Assembly (NCBI GenBank): GCA_000934665.2
Contig: KZ538082.1
Span: 62,001-126,000 of the forward strand
Length of the DNA: 64,000 nucleotides
Reading direction: 5' to 3'
Source of the DNA: Catajapyx aquilonaris
Taxonomy: Eukaryota
Positions 62,249-64,000 of this stretch are shown piece by piece. Under the pieces are notes generated by a model. The model saw nothing but the letters and a program-made list of their open reading frames with translations, was not told the DNA's origin and did not search any database. Position 1 is the stretch's first letter. The number at the start of each line of letters is the position of its first letter. A program made the translations under genes and the position numbers.

Positions 62249-64000
62249 GTGGAAAGTGATTAGCAGCCAGCTTTTGTTTGTTTGAGTGGCTGGGAACGCA
62301 AATGTGCAATGGTTTTTCAGAACTCGCCCCCATGATCTCTCTGGGGACATATACCCGCAATTTAATCAACATACCGGCGTGCCATAAACCCGGTTATTTA
62401 CCTCCCCCTCTCCCTCTTGCACCCCACCCATCTCTCCCCCTATGCTCTAGTAGAGCAACTTTTTTCCCTCCGGTTCGAATATTTTTTTGCGCTCTTGCCC
62501 TTGTCTTCCAGCCATTGATAATGGCAGGTTTCCGTCCTGAAGAAAATCGCGCAGCACACTTGCGTGGATCCCATGTCATTGGGAGCAAAGTTGATGATGA
62601 GCACAAATGGAGGTAAAAATTGGGGCATTTGACTAGGGTGGGCTGGAAACGCCTGCTATTGGCCGCCATTTTGTCATCACTGGAGACAGAAGTGGAGTCC
62701 ACAACGGCCCACAAGAATATGGGATACGCCCATGTTGTGCGCCCATTGTATCATAGTTGTAGTCATTTTCTGTTGCAAAACAAAAGCGAACGTATAGGCT
62801 CGTAAATCATAAGGGTAGCCAAGCATGTAGTCCCATGGTAGAGAAATATATATATATTTTTTACTGTAACCAGCTCAATAAATCAAATTAATCACGATTC
62901 TTCCCAGCAAAACATGAGCCACTCAGATGGTGATGGATGCGCACCCTTTTTCACTCCTTCCTGTAGCTGATATCTAACAATGATTTGGCGGTCGTTGGGA
63001 AGGTCGATGTGACTTCAACTAAATACCTGGTGCAGTATACACAAAGCAAAAGGGACTAGTTTTTTTTTTCTTCTTCTTCCTTTCCTTTGGTTCGAAGGAT
63101 AGGAGTGACCGGTGACCAGTTCAGCTACCAGGCTCCAAAGGAGATTAATCTCTCCTTGGTCAGTTGCCACCTTGCAAAATTACCCACCTGTTGGCGGATA
63201 CCTCCCACCATTCGCCAGCACCGCCGGCACATTTGTCTAGCCCAATCCCCCTGCCTTCGATTGTTGTGTTTGGCCACTTGGCCCAAAGTTTGAATTAATG
63301 GCGTGACTCTTGCTGTTCTTTTTTTTTTTTTGCGTAAACTCATTCCCATTAGTTAGCCTTCATCCGGGATCTTTGAAAACGAAGAACCGAACTAATGAGA
63401 TATATGAGTGTGTTGTGTTGCAGCTATTATTAGGGTAATGCCGTGAATAGAAAGGCAACTGGCGGAAACCAGGCGACCTTTTGCGGGGTCGGGGTAGTTC
63501 GCATGCTAAACCGACTTCCGACATTTCATATTCGAAAGAGGTGGGGTGGGTGTAACACCAATGTGGCAACACCTGCGTGCAGCCTGACACCTGACGAGCT
63601 CGAGGGGAACAACAAGGAAATTGGGGAGGTTAAACACCTCGGTTGGGCGCCGCCATTGGTGGGCAGGAAAGCGTGCAGGGTCAGCAGGGGCATGGATTGT
63701 AAATACCCCTGGATCTCATATCCGGCGCCAAAGGGACCCTAGTGCGCGACTTCCTCTGAACTTGCGCGACTTTTTCATATATGTAATGCTTCAAAAGGTG
63801 GCGGTAACAGCTGGCCAGTTCCAAAGTCCGAGAGCCACTGCCCTTGTTCTAATTTGCGTATTTATGAATGAAGTCACCGTGGGTCTGGAGGAGTATCGGA
63901 TTGCGGCGGTAGTGTGACCTGGAGATGTCAAGCCTCACTTTTTATTAGCCATTGGCGAGACGACAGGGGTTTATTATGTCATTGGGGACAATGGGCGCAG

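Overview
This is eukaryotic genomic DNA, most likely arthropod, judging by short ~60-nt GT-AG introns and arthropod-like proteins. Most ORFs in the six-frame track are spurious or are partial exons. Reading splice sites by hand gives four protein-coding genes: the last exon of mitochondrial ribosomal protein L30 (+); MAP2K7/hemipterous, the JNK kinase (9 exons, +, ~719 aa, with a long Pro/His-rich tail); an F-BAR/HR1/SH3 gene of the Cip4/Toca-1/FNBP1L family (11 exons over 26 kb, +, ~603 aa); and the cap2 methyltransferase CMTR2 (3 confident coding exons, -, ~755 aa, convergent with Cip4). After ~51 kb there are probable 5' exons of an unidentified + strand gene. Non-autonomous mobile elements are common, many with intact target-site duplications (TSDs): a tRNA-derived SINE, a Sola2-like element with a nested ~640-bp foldback element, and hAT, piggyBac and Tc1/mariner-type MITEs. 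A 410-bp tandem duplication across an N is probably an assembly artefact. I found no CRISPR array, rRNA, clear tRNA gene or prokaryote-type system, and no convincing novel multi-gene system. The best leads are candidate alternative isoforms (an F-BAR-less Cip4, short-tailed MKK7), the nested transposon cluster, a compound palindrome at 62.2 kb and a CpG mosaic. All calls were made by eye, with no database searches.
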